DNA of 64,000 nt. It comes from a virus (taxonomy: Duplodnaviria; Caudoviricetes). The DNA lies in IMG/VR virus record IMGVR_UViG_3300025133_009061, positions 8,643 through 72,642 of that record; one strand, 5' to 3'. This document shows positions 28,043 to 38,293 of this stretch, one piece after another. How positions within the stretch are numbered: the stretch's first letter is position 1; each line of letters begins with the position of its first letter. The notes beneath the pieces are model-generated. The model was not told where the DNA came from and did no database searches. It was given only the letters and a program-made list of their open reading frames with translations. The translations under genes and the position numbers were made by a program.

Positions 28043-28636
28043 ATGAAGTTTAAATATAAAAACATAGGTATCGCTGGTGTCGCTGGATGCGGAAAGAATA
28101 CTTTAGCGGAGATAATAATAAAATTATTACAAAGATTAAATCTACCGTACCGGGAGCTTTCTATAGCAAATAATTTAAAAAAGGAATTAAGTTCTTCCTC
28201 CCGTACTCTTTACGGAATCGATTCGATGGACTGTACACGTAGAGAAAAGGTCCTTATAAGACCTTTTCTTGTGGCCCATGGGAAAATAAAACGGAATTCT
28301 TCCGCTGGGAGGCATTGGGTAGATTTATTAAATAAAGAATTAGACCCGCAAAAAATTAATATTATTACGGACCTTAGGTATGACGAGTACGAAAAGGACG
28401 AGGCTTATTGGATAAAAAAGGAGATAAATGGAGTCTTGATTCACCTTTCTCGTTATAACGAAGTTAACGGCCAGAGGGTCTACATAAAGGCGGCTAACGA
28501 TGCAGAAAGGGAAAACGATCCCAAGATAAAGAAAAAAGCTGACTTTATTTTAAACTGGAAGTCCGAAAAAGATTTAACAAAAAAAATAATTTCTTCCTCT
28601 CGTTTGCTAAAATGGGTAAAGAGGTTATATGTTTGA
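28043..28636 (+). CDS. Deoxynucleoside monophosphate kinase
   Basis: P-loop GVAGCGKNT, IITDLRY..E. Confidence 0.75.
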   Translation: MKFKYKNIGIAGVAGCGKNTLAEIIIKLLQRLNLPYRELSIANNLKKELSSSSRTLYGIDSMDCTRREKVLIRPFLVAHGKIKRNSSAGRHWVDLLNKELDPQKINIITDLRYDEYEKDEAYWIKKEINGVLIHLSRYNEVNGQRVYIKAANDAERENDPKIKKKADFILNWKSEKDLTKKIISSSRLLKWVKRLYV

Positions 28637-29072
28637 AGGTTCTCCCCTCAATGATCGTTCATGTCAGCCAGTTATAGCATATAGCGGGAGAAACGCCGAA
28701 TTAACTCTGCATCCTTTGTCCATGACCCACTTTCATGGGTTAAATTTTAATGATTTAAGTTCTCTTTTTTCTTACGATATTAAGATTTCCCGTTTCGATA
28801 GTCAGTTATTTTCCAATGATTCTGATGTAAGTTTCGCTTTTATGGTAGAAAGTCAGGTGAAATCGGACAATTTCTACGAAGACCCCTTTAACGACGCTAA
28901 TGTTTTTTTGGAAAAAGATTTTAATAATTTAATCGAATACTGTATAATATTACCGCGTATGTTCAAGAGGCATCATCGCTATGTCCTTAATATGGAAGAG
29001 GATAGTGCTTGCTCTTTTGGAGATTTTGCGGATAAGGTTGAGGCATGGAAGAAAAACACTGGGATACTGTAA
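28629..29072 (+). CDS. Hypothetical protein
   Basis: Overlaps both neighbours in the operon. Confidence 0.55.
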   Translation: MFEGSPLNDRSCQPVIAYSGRNAELTLHPLSMTHFHGLNFNDLSSLFSYDIKISRFDSQLFSNDSDVSFAFMVESQVKSDNFYEDPFNDANVFLEKDFNNLIEYCIILPRMFKRHHRYVLNMEEDSACSFGDFADKVEAWKKNTGIL

Positions 29073-29647
29073 GTGATAATTATCTAGCTGAAAGGATTAA
29101 GGGCTCTAATTGCGAGAGAAGCTTAATAGAACTGATAGGGCGCCATTCCGGACTATGTTTTAAAATAATGACAAGATACTCTAAAAGCTTCTACGCCAAC
29201 AATATAGATATTGCCGAAGCCTCAACAGATAAAAATTTGATAATTTGGAACTCCGCTAAGAGTTTTAGCGCCGAAAAAAATGTCAAGTTCTCTACTTGGC
29301 TAGCGAACCAAGTTAAATATAGCTGCCTCAACGCTTTAAACAAAAAATCCAAAGACCGCCTCGTAACGATGGAAGATGAAATGTTGGATAACCTTAAAGA
29401 GACCCAAGCCGAAGACGAAAAAGATACCCTCTTTGAGTTTACTGACAATATCCTCGCTCAGTTAAAAGACGAAAGAATAAAAAAAATTTTTTCTATGAGG
29501 TATTCTCGTAATCATAAGAAACCTTCATGGTGTGTGGTGGCTCAACAAATGAGAGTAAGCACGCAAACGGCTATTAATCTTCACAATCGAGGCATCCAAA
29601 TCTTAAGAAAAAAAATAGAAAGCGAAAAATTTCTAGACTCTGTTTAA
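29045..29647 (+). CDS. Phage RNA polymerase sigma70-family factor
   Basis: Region 2 (LIGRHSGLC...AKSFSAEKNVKFSTWLANQVK) and region 4 HTH (IFSMRY...VAQQMRVSTQTAINLHNRGIQILRK). Confidence 0.8.
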   Translation: MEEKHWDTVSDNYLAERIKGSNCERSLIELIGRHSGLCFKIMTRYSKSFYANNIDIAEASTDKNLIIWNSAKSFSAEKNVKFSTWLANQVKYSCLNALNKKSKDRLVTMEDEMLDNLKETQAEDEKDTLFEFTDNILAQLKDERIKKIFSMRYSRNHKKPSWCVVAQQMRVSTQTAINLHNRGIQILRKKIESEKFLDSV

Positions 29648-29654
29648 AAAAGTA

Positions 29655-29683
29655 TTGACATCCCTCCCCGGGAGGTATAATAT
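29655..29683 (+). promoter_or_regulatory. sigma70-like promoter
   Basis: TTGACATCCCTCCCC (identical to 27575) with TAATAT at 17 bp (TATAAT at 15 bp). Confidence 0.7.
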
Positions 29684-29693
29684 AAGGACTCTT

Positions 29694-30005
29694 ATGTCGG
29701 ACGAACAAAAGAACAACGAATGGAAAGAGCGCGAATTAGGTGCTCTTTGGGTAAAGAAGAGCCTCTCAGGCACGCAATACATGACTGGACACATCGAGCT
29801 AAAAGATGCTTCCGGCAAGGTGCAGCTGGTGGTCTTCAAGAATAAACACAAATACAACGAAGACGGAACCGTCTCTAACGACAAGGCTCCGGATTTTCGC
29901 TTGTACAAAAGCGAAGACCGTGAACAGCGGCAAGGGTCTGGAGGAGAAGCTTCTCAGGAAAAGGCCGCAGCCACGACTTCAACAGACGAAGAATCATTGT
30001 TTTAA
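29694..30005 (+). CDS. Small ssDNA-binding-like protein (DUF736-like)
   Basis: LGALWVKKS..G..YMTG.I...VVFKN...APDFRL; acidic C-terminal tail TDEESLF. Confidence 0.55.
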   Translation: MSDEQKNNEWKERELGALWVKKSLSGTQYMTGHIELKDASGKVQLVVFKNKHKYNEDGTVSNDKAPDFRLYKSEDREQRQGSGGEASQEKAAATTSTDEESLF

Positions 30006-31094
30006 ATGTCTGAGTTTGCCTTACATCTACCGCTTAACGGTGTAAGTTTTGGGCAGGTTAGCACGTCTCTTCTGCGTGAGTTTCACCGGAAGGGCGTGCA
30101 GCCTTGTCTATTTACAATAGGTCAATCTGACTTGTCTTCGCAAGAAACGCCCGAGGATTTCAATAAGTGGATTGAATCGGGAATAAAAAAAGCGTTTGAA
30201 CGCTACGACAGAAGTACGCCTATATTCAAGCTGTGGCATTTAAATCACGACAGCCTGACTTCCTACGCGAAAGAACAAACTCTTTTCACTTTTTATGAGT
30301 TGGACCACCCAACATCAATAGAGGTGAACATAGCCAATAATCAAAAAACTATCATCGTAAGCTCCAACTACGCGAAAGAAACCCTAGAAAAGTTCGGTGT
30401 CGAAAATTGTAAATACATACCCCTCGGCTTCGATAAGGATAATTTTAACGCTAAAAAAGAGGAATATCTTAAGGACAAAATCGTCTTTAACCTAACGGGT
30501 AAGCTGGAAAAAAGAAAACATCACAAAAAAGTAATACAAGCGTGGCTCAAGAAGTACGGAAACAATAAAGACTACGTTCTTCAATGCGCTATAGCTAATC
30601 CCTTCATGAAAGAAGAAGACTTTAAAGCCAGCGTAAGCCAAATTATGGAAGGCAAGTCTTACTTTAATGTTAATTTCCTTGGCATGATGCAAAAAAATAG
30701 CCTTTATAATGATTTTCTCAATTCTGGAAACATTATTTTGGGTATGTCAGGGGCCGAAGGGTGGGGTCTTCCCGAGTTTCAGTCGGTAGCCTTAGGGAAA
30801 CATGGGGTTATTTTAAATGCTTCGGCGTACAAAGATTGGGCGACGGAAGAAAATAGTGTCATGGTAGAGTCGAATGGGAAAGAAGACGCAGTGGATGGAA
30901 TATTTTTCAAAAAGGGAACCCCATATAATCAGGGTCAGATTTTTACCTTTGATGAAGAAGCGTTCATCGAAGGGTGCGAAAAGGCAATAGAAAGATATAA
31001 GGCTTCTCCCGAAAACACAGCAGGTCTAGATCTTCAAAACGAGTTTACATACGAAAAGACGGTTGAAGCTATAACGGAGGTTATGGATGCCTGA
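30006..31094 (+). CDS. GT-B (family 4-like) glycosyltransferase
   Basis: FNLTGKLEKRKHH, SGAEGWGLPEFQ. Confidence 0.85.
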   Translation: MSEFALHLPLNGVSFGQVSTSLLREFHRKGVQPCLFTIGQSDLSSQETPEDFNKWIESGIKKAFERYDRSTPIFKLWHLNHDSLTSYAKEQTLFTFYELDHPTSIEVNIANNQKTIIVSSNYAKETLEKFGVENCKYIPLGFDKDNFNAKKEEYLKDKIVFNLTGKLEKRKHHKKVIQAWLKKYGNNKDYVLQCAIANPFMKEEDFKASVSQIMEGKSYFNVNFLGMMQKNSLYNDFLNSGNIILGMSGAEGWGLPEFQSVALGKHGVILNASAYKDWATEENSVMVESNGKEDAVDGIFFKKGTPYNQGQIFTFDEEAFIEGCEKAIERYKASPENTAGLDLQNEFTYEKTVEAITEVMDA

Positions 31095-31452
31095 ATACCT
31101 TTACGAGAATCCCGACACGGGAGAGCAGGTTAGCGTTTGGCAAAGTGTCCACGAAGAGCACTCTTATGAAATTGATGGAGTACCTTTCAACCGGGTTTAC
31201 ACAGTCCCGAACGCTTCAATAGATACGCGAATAGACCCCAATTCTCTGTCCGAATTCAGGGAAAAAGCCAAAGGAAACCTAGGGGATATCTGGGATCAGT
31301 CAGCCGAAGCTTCCGAGAAGAGAATCAAAGAGCAGGGGGAAGACCCCGTAAAGAATCAATTTTTCAAAGATTATTCAGCGAAAAGGAAAGGGGCCAAACA
31401 CCCCAAAGACCCAAATAGACTCAAAAAATCAAAAGATTTCACCATTGAATGA
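31087..31452 (+). CDS. FmdB-like small protein lacking zinc cysteines
   Basis: MPEYLYENPDTGEQVSVWQS resembles MPxYxY.C..CG. Confidence 0.5.
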   Translation: MPEYLYENPDTGEQVSVWQSVHEEHSYEIDGVPFNRVYTVPNASIDTRIDPNSLSEFREKAKGNLGDIWDQSAEASEKRIKEQGEDPVKNQFFKDYSAKRKGAKHPKDPNRLKKSKDFTIE

Positions 31453-32290
31453 TAAAATTATATTAGTAAGTGATTTTTTTATTGATGATTTTGTAGGTGG
31501 AGCAGCTTTAAATGACGAAGAGATGTACAAGCTCTTATCTGAGCGCTTTGATGCACAAAAAATAAAAAGTCGTTACCTGTACGAGGGGTTCATCCAAGAG
31601 AACCTTGACTCCTTCTTTATAATTTCCAACTTCTTCGGGATTAGTCCCACGATTCGCGACCTTATACAAAGTAAGTGCAAATATATTCTGTATTGCCATG
31701 ATTACAAGTTCGTACAGCACACCAACCCCGCGGCATACCCCGATCAAATTGTTCCACCTAGAGATTTAATCAATGTAGAGTTTCATAAACATTCCCATAA
31801 AATAATTTGCCAAACCCAATTTCAGAAAAATATTTACGACAAAAATCTTAAGTGTCCGGATAAAACCGTAAGCTTCTCCGGAAATTTATGGTCAGAGGAA
31901 CACCTAAATCTTCTGGAGAACCTTTTAAAAACAGAAAAAAACGAAAAGTACGCCATAGTCAACTCTCCTTACCCACAAAAAGGGGTTAAAGAATCGGTGG
32001 AATTTTGTAAGAAGGAAAAATTTCCATATGATATTATCGAAGATCCCGACTACGAAAAATTTCTCAAGAAGCTTTCCAAATACTCTCGTCTAGTTTTCTT
32101 TCCCTCTACCCCCGAAACTTGTTGTCGATTGGTTCTGGAAGCGAAGATGATGGGAGTTAAAATAGTAACCAACAGTTTGGTAGGGTGCACCTACGAACCT
32201 TGGTATGTTAAAGACGGAAAAGAGATGATAGATTTTATGAGAAATAAGCGTAAAGGGTTTAGGGATTTCTTTAGAAGTATTCGCGGATGA
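31445..32290 (+). CDS. Glycosyltransferase (GT-B-like)
   Basis: VGGAALNDE, ETCCRLVLEAKMMG. Confidence 0.75.
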   Translation: MNDKIILVSDFFIDDFVGGAALNDEEMYKLLSERFDAQKIKSRYLYEGFIQENLDSFFIISNFFGISPTIRDLIQSKCKYILYCHDYKFVQHTNPAAYPDQIVPPRDLINVEFHKHSHKIICQTQFQKNIYDKNLKCPDKTVSFSGNLWSEEHLNLLENLLKTEKNEKYAIVNSPYPQKGVKESVEFCKKEKFPYDIIEDPDYEKFLKKLSKYSRLVFFPSTPETCCRLVLEAKMMGVKIVTNSLVGCTYEPWYVKDGKEMIDFMRNKRKGFRDFFRSIRG

Positions 32291-32317
32291 AAAATAACAT
32301 ATTAATAATTATTTAGG

Positions 32318-32878
32318 ATGATATGGAATGAAATTCTTTGCTTGGGCGATTCGTTAACTTACGGAGCCAGAGATTGCTATGGAAGATCTTACCCTGTTGA
32401 GTTAGGTCAAATACTGTATAAAGAGACAGGAGAGCTTTACGTATGTCACAATTACGGAGTTAACGGAGAAACGACAGCGGACCTCCTAAGGAGATCATGG
32501 TCTATTCTCAAATCTAACAGAGAATGCAAAATCGCGCTGTTGTTAATCGGAACTAATGATACCAAGAGGCCAACGCCCTTAGAGGTTTACGAAGACAATA
32601 TGAGACAGCTTATAATGTCAATAAAAGCTAACGGAATGAAACCTATAGTAGGGACCCTGCCTCCGTTAACTTTTTCTCCCGCCTATGCTCAAAACAGAGA
32701 ATATACAAAAAAATATTCGGAGATTATTAAAAAAATGTCAGTGGCTTCTAGGTACAATTTTGACGTGTGCAATCTTCAGGATCTGGGGTCGTTTTTATTA
32801 GACGGGGTACATTTTGACAATGACGGCTATAAAGAAGTCGCAAAAAGATTCAGCGAAAGCATATTGAAGATGACATGA
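32318..32878 (+). CDS. SGNH/GDSL hydrolase
   Basis: GDSLTYG, NYGVNG, IGTND, DGVH catalytic blocks. Confidence 0.9.
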   Translation: MIWNEILCLGDSLTYGARDCYGRSYPVELGQILYKETGELYVCHNYGVNGETTADLLRRSWSILKSNRECKIALLLIGTNDTKRPTPLEVYEDNMRQLIMSIKANGMKPIVGTLPPLTFSPAYAQNREYTKKYSEIIKKMSVASRYNFDVCNLQDLGSFLLDGVHFDNDGYKEVAKRFSESILKMT

Positions 32879-33618
32879 CAGCGGGGATAATAGGAAACAC
32901 TACCTTAACAAAGAAAGTGGTAGACTTCCTCTTGTCGAAGGGCGAGGTCATAAAGTACATTTTTGGTCTCCCCGAGGAAGACTTACGAAATAAATCAAAC
33001 GCCTGCGACCTTAAGCCTTTATGCCATAGAGAAAGCATAAATTATATTCAATCCAATGACTGGAACTTAATTTTAAACCAAAAAGTAGATGTAGTTTATG
33101 AAATGGGAGATTCTCGCTTAGTGCCAGAAGCGTTTATTAATAAACATTATGTGGTGGGGAATCATGGAGCAGTCCTACCACTCATTCAAGGGGGAGCTTC
33201 ACTAGTTTGGGGAAGGATGCTTAACGACGGCAAGTGGGGAGTTTCCCTAATGAGATTAAAGGAAAAAATAGATCAAGGAGATATTCTAAGCGTAAAAAAC
33301 TTAGATTATTGCCCCGTTTCTACAACGATGAAAGATTTTGTTGAGCAGTGCGACGAAGCCACACTGTCTTGCGTCAAGGAAAACCATAATAACTTTTCAA
33401 TAATTGACACCAACGTTGCCCCGACTATTAGGGTACCAAAAAAGAAAGATTCTCAAGAAGTAGTAAAAATTTTAAAATTTTCCTTGGATAATAATATCAG
33501 CGTCTATCTCCCCCCTAGGAGCCCTGAAGAATCTGTACTTAAAAAGGAATGGAACTCAGACTTTGCCGAGGCCTTTAAAATAGCCAACGATTATCCCTAT
33601 CCTAAATATACAGCGTGA
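32875..33618 (+). CDS. Formyltransferase-like protein
   Basis: GNHGAVLP..QGGASLVW, IDQGDIL. Confidence 0.7.
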   Translation: MTAGIIGNTTLTKKVVDFLLSKGEVIKYIFGLPEEDLRNKSNACDLKPLCHRESINYIQSNDWNLILNQKVDVVYEMGDSRLVPEAFINKHYVVGNHGAVLPLIQGGASLVWGRMLNDGKWGVSLMRLKEKIDQGDILSVKNLDYCPVSTTMKDFVEQCDEATLSCVKENHNNFSIIDTNVAPTIRVPKKKDSQEVVKILKFSLDNNISVYLPPRSPEESVLKKEWNSDFAEAFKIANDYPYPKYTA

Positions 33619-34349
33619 ATAAAGATATAACAGTAATACTAAACGGTTATCGACGACCTCATACTTTAGCGCCCCAGATCGAGGCAATAAAAAAGCAAAC
33701 GCTCCCCCCCGAGTGCGTTATGTTTTGGCAAAATAAAGATAGCGATGAAAAATTTGATTACAGCCTTTTAAATAGTTGCGTAGTGACGGCTAGTAATGCG
33801 AATTTTGGAGTATGGGCTCGTTTTGCTTATGCCCTTAACGCAACTACTGAATATGTTTGTGTGTTTGATGATGACACCATTCCCGGATCAAAATGGCTGG
33901 AGAACTGCGTAAATACAATGAACAAAAGAGAGGGGCTGTTAGTCGCTAACGGCATAACCTTTTTAGACGAAGATTACATTAAGTACGATAGGCATGGATG
34001 GGTAAACCCTAATGAGGAGACAGTTCAAACTGATACCGGAGGCCATAGCTGGTTCTTTAAAAGGGAATGGTTGGGAGCATTTTGGAGAGAAGCCCCACTA
34101 ATAGACAAGAAACTTAGGATAAGCGGGGAAGATATGCATTTTTCTTACGCTGTTCAGAAATATTTAAATTTACCAACCCTTGTACCGCCTCATCCGAAGG
34201 ACGATTTAGAAATGTGGGGATCACACCCCCAACTCGCCTTTAAGTACGGAGTAGACAAAAATGCTATCTCAGTTAATTATCACGCTAGCCACTTTGGGGA
34301 AGCCTTACAAGCTACCATAAAGAAAGGTTTTAAGTTAATGAAAAAATGA
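33615..34349 (+). CDS. GT-A (family 2-like) glycosyltransferase
   Basis: VCVFDDDTIPG, GEDMHFS. Confidence 0.8.
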   Translation: MNKDITVILNGYRRPHTLAPQIEAIKKQTLPPECVMFWQNKDSDEKFDYSLLNSCVVTASNANFGVWARFAYALNATTEYVCVFDDDTIPGSKWLENCVNTMNKREGLLVANGITFLDEDYIKYDRHGWVNPNEETVQTDTGGHSWFFKREWLGAFWREAPLIDKKLRISGEDMHFSYAVQKYLNLPTLVPPHPKDDLEMWGSHPQLAFKYGVDKNAISVNYHASHFGEALQATIKKGFKLMKK

Positions 34350-35350
34350 AGAAGATATTAATATGTTACGGGACTCGCCCCGAGTATATCAAAATTTTAC
34401 CCATCCTCGAAAACGGTCTGGTGCAGTATCAAAATATTTCTTCACTGTGTACAGGTCAACACACAGACTTACTAGGAGGAAGTTCAAAACCTAATTACTC
34501 TCTCGAGATTAACAAGTGTGCCCCGAATAGACTTAATTCCATTTTCTCTTTCCTAACCGGGTCTTATGCTTTTGATCAAATTTTGGAAGACGGTTTCACC
34601 CACGTCATGGTTCAGGGGGACACGGCGTCAGCCTTCGCTTGTGCTTTGACCGCATTCAACAAAGAGCTACAGGTAATTCATCTCGAAGCAGGACTGAGAA
34701 CACACGACAAGAGGCACCCATACCCCGAGGAGACTTACAGACAAAGCATTTCTCGTCTAACTGATATACACTTATGCGCCACTAACGCAAACAAAACAAA
34801 CTTAGACAACGAAAACATAAAAGGAGAAATACATGTAGTGGGGAACACCGTTCTTGATAACCTGAAAGACGTAAAGATTAGCTACAATAACGATATATTG
34901 ATAACTCTGCATCGAAGAGAAAACCATAAATCCATGCCGTTCTGGTACAAACAAATAGAAGACATAGCCTCGGACAACCCCGATTTAAATTTTATTTTTG
35001 TGTCTCACCCCAACCCGGATTCCCGATGCACCCTTAAAAAACAGTTAAGTAACGTTAGCATTATTTCGCCCGTAGCTCATAAGGAATTCATTAAGAGAAT
35101 AGGAGCGTGCCGCTTTTTAATTACTGATAGCGGAGGACTCCAAGAAGAAGCCTCATTTTTAAAAAAGAAAGCTATCGTTTGCAGAGAGACCACGGAAAGG
35201 CCTGAAGCGTTAGGAACATTCACATCCCTATGTAAATTAGTGGGAGAGCTTCCCGAGCTCTTTAACAAAACAAAAGAAGACTTCATCCCAGAAGGAGAGT
35301 GTCCTTTTGGAGACGGTAAAGCAGTAGAGAAGATATTACAGATATTATGA
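34346..35350 (+). CDS. wecB: UDP-N-acetylglucosamine 2-epimerase
   Basis: GTRPEYIK, TGQH, VQGDT, HLEAGLRT, HRREN, TDSGGLQEEA, FGDGKA. Confidence 0.92.
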   Translation: MKKILICYGTRPEYIKILPILENGLVQYQNISSLCTGQHTDLLGGSSKPNYSLEINKCAPNRLNSIFSFLTGSYAFDQILEDGFTHVMVQGDTASAFACALTAFNKELQVIHLEAGLRTHDKRHPYPEETYRQSISRLTDIHLCATNANKTNLDNENIKGEIHVVGNTVLDNLKDVKISYNNDILITLHRRENHKSMPFWYKQIEDIASDNPDLNFIFVSHPNPDSRCTLKKQLSNVSIISPVAHKEFIKRIGACRFLITDSGGLQEEASFLKKKAIVCRETTERPEALGTFTSLCKLVGELPELFNKTKEDFIPEGECPFGDGKAVEKILQIL

Positions 35351-36255
35351 AAGTTACAGTAACAGGGGGTAGAGGTTTCATCGGGAGCCATTTCATAGAG
35401 AGTGCCCTAGAAAAAGGGTGGAGAGTTTACGATATAGACAAGATGGGATACGCTTCTCACCGAGCACTTCCTTGGGATAAAGATAAAAACTATACGCTAA
35501 CGCATGGTAACATTGCAAACATACGACATCTTCCCACTTGCGATATAGTTGTTAATTTTGCCGCAGAAAGCCACGTGGACAATTCTATAACCAACTGTGC
35601 CCCTTTTATAGAGTCAAACGTTATAGGAGTGCACAACCTGCTGGAACTTATAAGAACCAAGCCGAAATACAAACGCCCTCTCTTTTTTCACATTAGCACG
35701 GACGAAGTTTACGGAGACATAAACGAAGGATCCTTCAAGGAAAACGACAAGCTTAACCCTAGTAATCCCTATTCAGCGACCAAAGCCTGCTCGGAGATGC
35801 TAATTAACTCTTATCACCGAACCTACGGACTTGAGTATGTCGTAAGCCGAAGTGGCAACAACTACGGAAGCAGGCAGTACGAAGAGAAGCTGGTAGCTAA
35901 AGCTATTTCCTGTCTAAGAGACGGTAGCAAAATACCGCTACACGGAGACGGCTCTTATGTAAGGGACTGGACTTACGTAAAGGATAACGTCGACGGTATA
36001 ATGAGCATCATAGAAAAAGGAATCACAAATGATTGTTTTAATATTGCGGCCAATAACCACCTCACAAACAAAGAAGTGGTTCAGACTATAATAAAAAAGT
36101 TTAATAAAACAGACGCGGAGATACAGTATGTAGAGGACAGGTGGGGTCAAGACACTCGCTATTCCGTTGACACCTCCAAGATAACCCAAGCTACAGGATG
36201 GCAACCCCTGCATGTCGGGCGACTTAACTTAGACTTTATAGATGAAGAACTATAG
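35347..36255 (+). CDS. rfbB: dTDP-glucose 4,6-dehydratase
   Basis: TGGRGFIGS, FAAESHVDNS, ISTDEVYG, YSATK, NNYG. Confidence 0.92.
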   Translation: MKVTVTGGRGFIGSHFIESALEKGWRVYDIDKMGYASHRALPWDKDKNYTLTHGNIANIRHLPTCDIVVNFAAESHVDNSITNCAPFIESNVIGVHNLLELIRTKPKYKRPLFFHISTDEVYGDINEGSFKENDKLNPSNPYSATKACSEMLINSYHRTYGLEYVVSRSGNNYGSRQYEEKLVAKAISCLRDGSKIPLHGDGSYVRDWTYVKDNVDGIMSIIEKGITNDCFNIAANNHLTNKEVVQTIIKKFNKTDAEIQYVEDRWGQDTRYSVDTSKITQATGWQPLHVGRLNLDFIDEEL

Positions 36256-37051
36256 AGAAGAATTTGACAGGATTTTAGCTCTCGTTAAAGGAAGGATCCC
36301 TTTTGCTTTCTCTCGTTTCTCAGACGGAGAGGTTACGGTGCTGCGAAACAAGACCGTCGTTCTTGCTGAAGACCACTTCATCCAAGGAGATATTCACGGC
36401 GACCAAAAAGTTTATGCTAACAGCTACATGCCTGAGGAACAAAAAAGCTTTATCCCTTCCCTCAATAAAAGAGAGTACGAAAAACTCATAGAAGCTTTCA
36501 AATTTAAGAAAAAAAATTACATAAAAGGTATTCCGGGACAGAACAGTTTGGATGGCGGACAATCTTGGAAATTTTGTACGGAATTGTACGGCCCGGACGA
36601 CTGGGAAAGTTTATCTTTTTGTAACGTGATGATAAATGGAAACTATTCTCGTTTTATTAAAGAAATGCTTCCTTTGTTCGAGGGTAAAGATATAGTTTTG
36701 GTGGCCAATGAGAACTCCAAACTCGATCAGCTTCCATTTGAGGTAAAAAAATTCTTTGCTGTCGGAAGCAATTGCATGGTAAATAATTTCGATCTACCGG
36801 AAGAAGTGGGGGAATGGATAAAAAATAACAACATAAAGGACCACCTTTTTCTTTTTTCGGCCGCTACGCTGAGTAATTTTTTATGTTACGATTTATTTAG
36901 AAGGCACGACAACAACCAGTATATGGATATAGGCTCCTCGCTGGGGCCTCTCCTTCAGTTGGAGGGATGGAAGTCTAGCAGAACCTATCTATTAGCTTAT
37001 TGGGGAAACGTAGACCATCCCGTCCTACATGAAGAGGACGTTTGGAGCTGA
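36242..37051 (+). CDS. Glycosyltransferase-like protein (GT-D/DUF1792-like)
   Basis: FAFSRFSDGE, YMDIGSSL. Confidence 0.5.
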   Translation: MKNYREEFDRILALVKGRIPFAFSRFSDGEVTVLRNKTVVLAEDHFIQGDIHGDQKVYANSYMPEEQKSFIPSLNKREYEKLIEAFKFKKKNYIKGIPGQNSLDGGQSWKFCTELYGPDDWESLSFCNVMINGNYSRFIKEMLPLFEGKDIVLVANENSKLDQLPFEVKKFFAVGSNCMVNNFDLPEEVGEWIKNNNIKDHLFLFSAATLSNFLCYDLFRRHDNNQYMDIGSSLGPLLQLEGWKSSRTYLLAYWGNVDHPVLHEEDVWS

Positions 37052-37052
37052 A

Positions 37053-37691
37053 ATGAAAATAACGATACTAACAGATAACCCCAATAGCTGGATCATTCCT
37101 TTTGTAGAGAGGTTTAAAACTTTTCTACAGGAAAACCATCAAGTTTCCCATGTCGTCGACAAGAAATCGATAACATCGGGAGACATCCTGTTCATGCTAT
37201 CGTGCGAAAAACTTGTTCCTCAGAAAATTTTAAATTTAAACTCCAACAATATAGTGGTTCACCCTAGCGCTCTACCTAAAAACAGGGGATGGTCTCCACT
37301 TACGTGGCAAATACTAAAAAATAAAAACACTATACCTGTATCACTTTTTGAGGCCGAAGAAGACATTGACAGTGGCCCTATTTATTTACAAGAAAATATA
37401 GAGCTGGATGGTAGCGAACTTATCGACGAAATAAAAAAGAAGCAAGGAGAAACCACATTAAAACTTTTGAAAAAATATATCGCTAACCGCAACGCCCTGA
37501 TACCACTCCCACAGGAAGGCGAACCCTCGTTTTGCAGCAAGATCACCCCAGAGCATAGCGAAATAAATATTTCGCTTTCGATTAAAGACCAATTCGACAG
37601 GCTAAGGGTAGCGGATAACGAAAGGTATCCAGCCTTTTTCCACCACAAAGGAACAAAGTATATTCTTAAGATTTACAAGGAAAAGAAATGA
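37053..37691 (+). CDS. Sugar N-formyltransferase-like protein
   Basis: VVHPSALPKNRGWSPLTWQI, IDSGPI, RVADNERYPAFF. Confidence 0.8.
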   Translation: MKITILTDNPNSWIIPFVERFKTFLQENHQVSHVVDKKSITSGDILFMLSCEKLVPQKILNLNSNNIVVHPSALPKNRGWSPLTWQILKNKNTIPVSLFEAEEDIDSGPIYLQENIELDGSELIDEIKKKQGETTLKLLKKYIANRNALIPLPQEGEPSFCSKITPEHSEINISLSIKDQFDRLRVADNERYPAFFHHKGTKYILKIYKEKK

Positions 37692-38293
37692 GAAACCCTT
37701 TTGAAATAGTTGAATGGTTCGAAGAATCTATCGCTGAATATACCGGCGCTCCTTACGCTATTGCTTGCGATAGTTGCACCGACGCCATATTTCTTTGTTG
37801 TAAATATTTACAAGTACAAGGCTCAACAATAACAATCCCCGCTCGCACTTATATTTCTCCCCCTCAATCTATATTGCAAGCGGGAGCAAAGGTGGAATTT
37901 GAAGATATTGAATGGAGCGGAATTTATCAACTTAAACCTCATCCTATTTACGACTCAGCTAAGCGCCTTACTTCCGGCATGTATATACCGGGCTCGTATA
38001 TGTGCCTTTCGTTTCACCACAAGAAACCTCTTAAGATAGGAAAAGGGGGAATGATCCTTACGGACGACACAAAAGCCATAGAAACCATAAGGCGACTGAG
38101 GTACGAAGGGCGTACGATAGGCATCCCTTTTCAAGACGACGACCTAGGAGACGGCGGTTGGAATATGTATATGACACCGGAGCAAGCCGCTAGAGGACTA
38201 ACTTTACTAATGGGTTACCCAGAACACACAGAAGACCAAGTCGAAGACCCTCCCTACAGAGACTTGAGGACTTTTAATTTATTTAGAAAATGA
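37688..38293 (+). CDS. Short DegT/DnrJ-family sugar aminotransferase
   Basis: YAIACDSCTDAIFL, YDSAKR, CLSFHHKKPL..GKGGMI; only 201 aa. Confidence 0.8.
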   Translation: MRNPFEIVEWFEESIAEYTGAPYAIACDSCTDAIFLCCKYLQVQGSTITIPARTYISPPQSILQAGAKVEFEDIEWSGIYQLKPHPIYDSAKRLTSGMYIPGSYMCLSFHHKKPLKIGKGGMILTDDTKAIETIRRLRYEGRTIGIPFQDDDLGDGGWNMYMTPEQAARGLTLLMGYPEHTEDQVEDPPYRDLRTFNLFRK

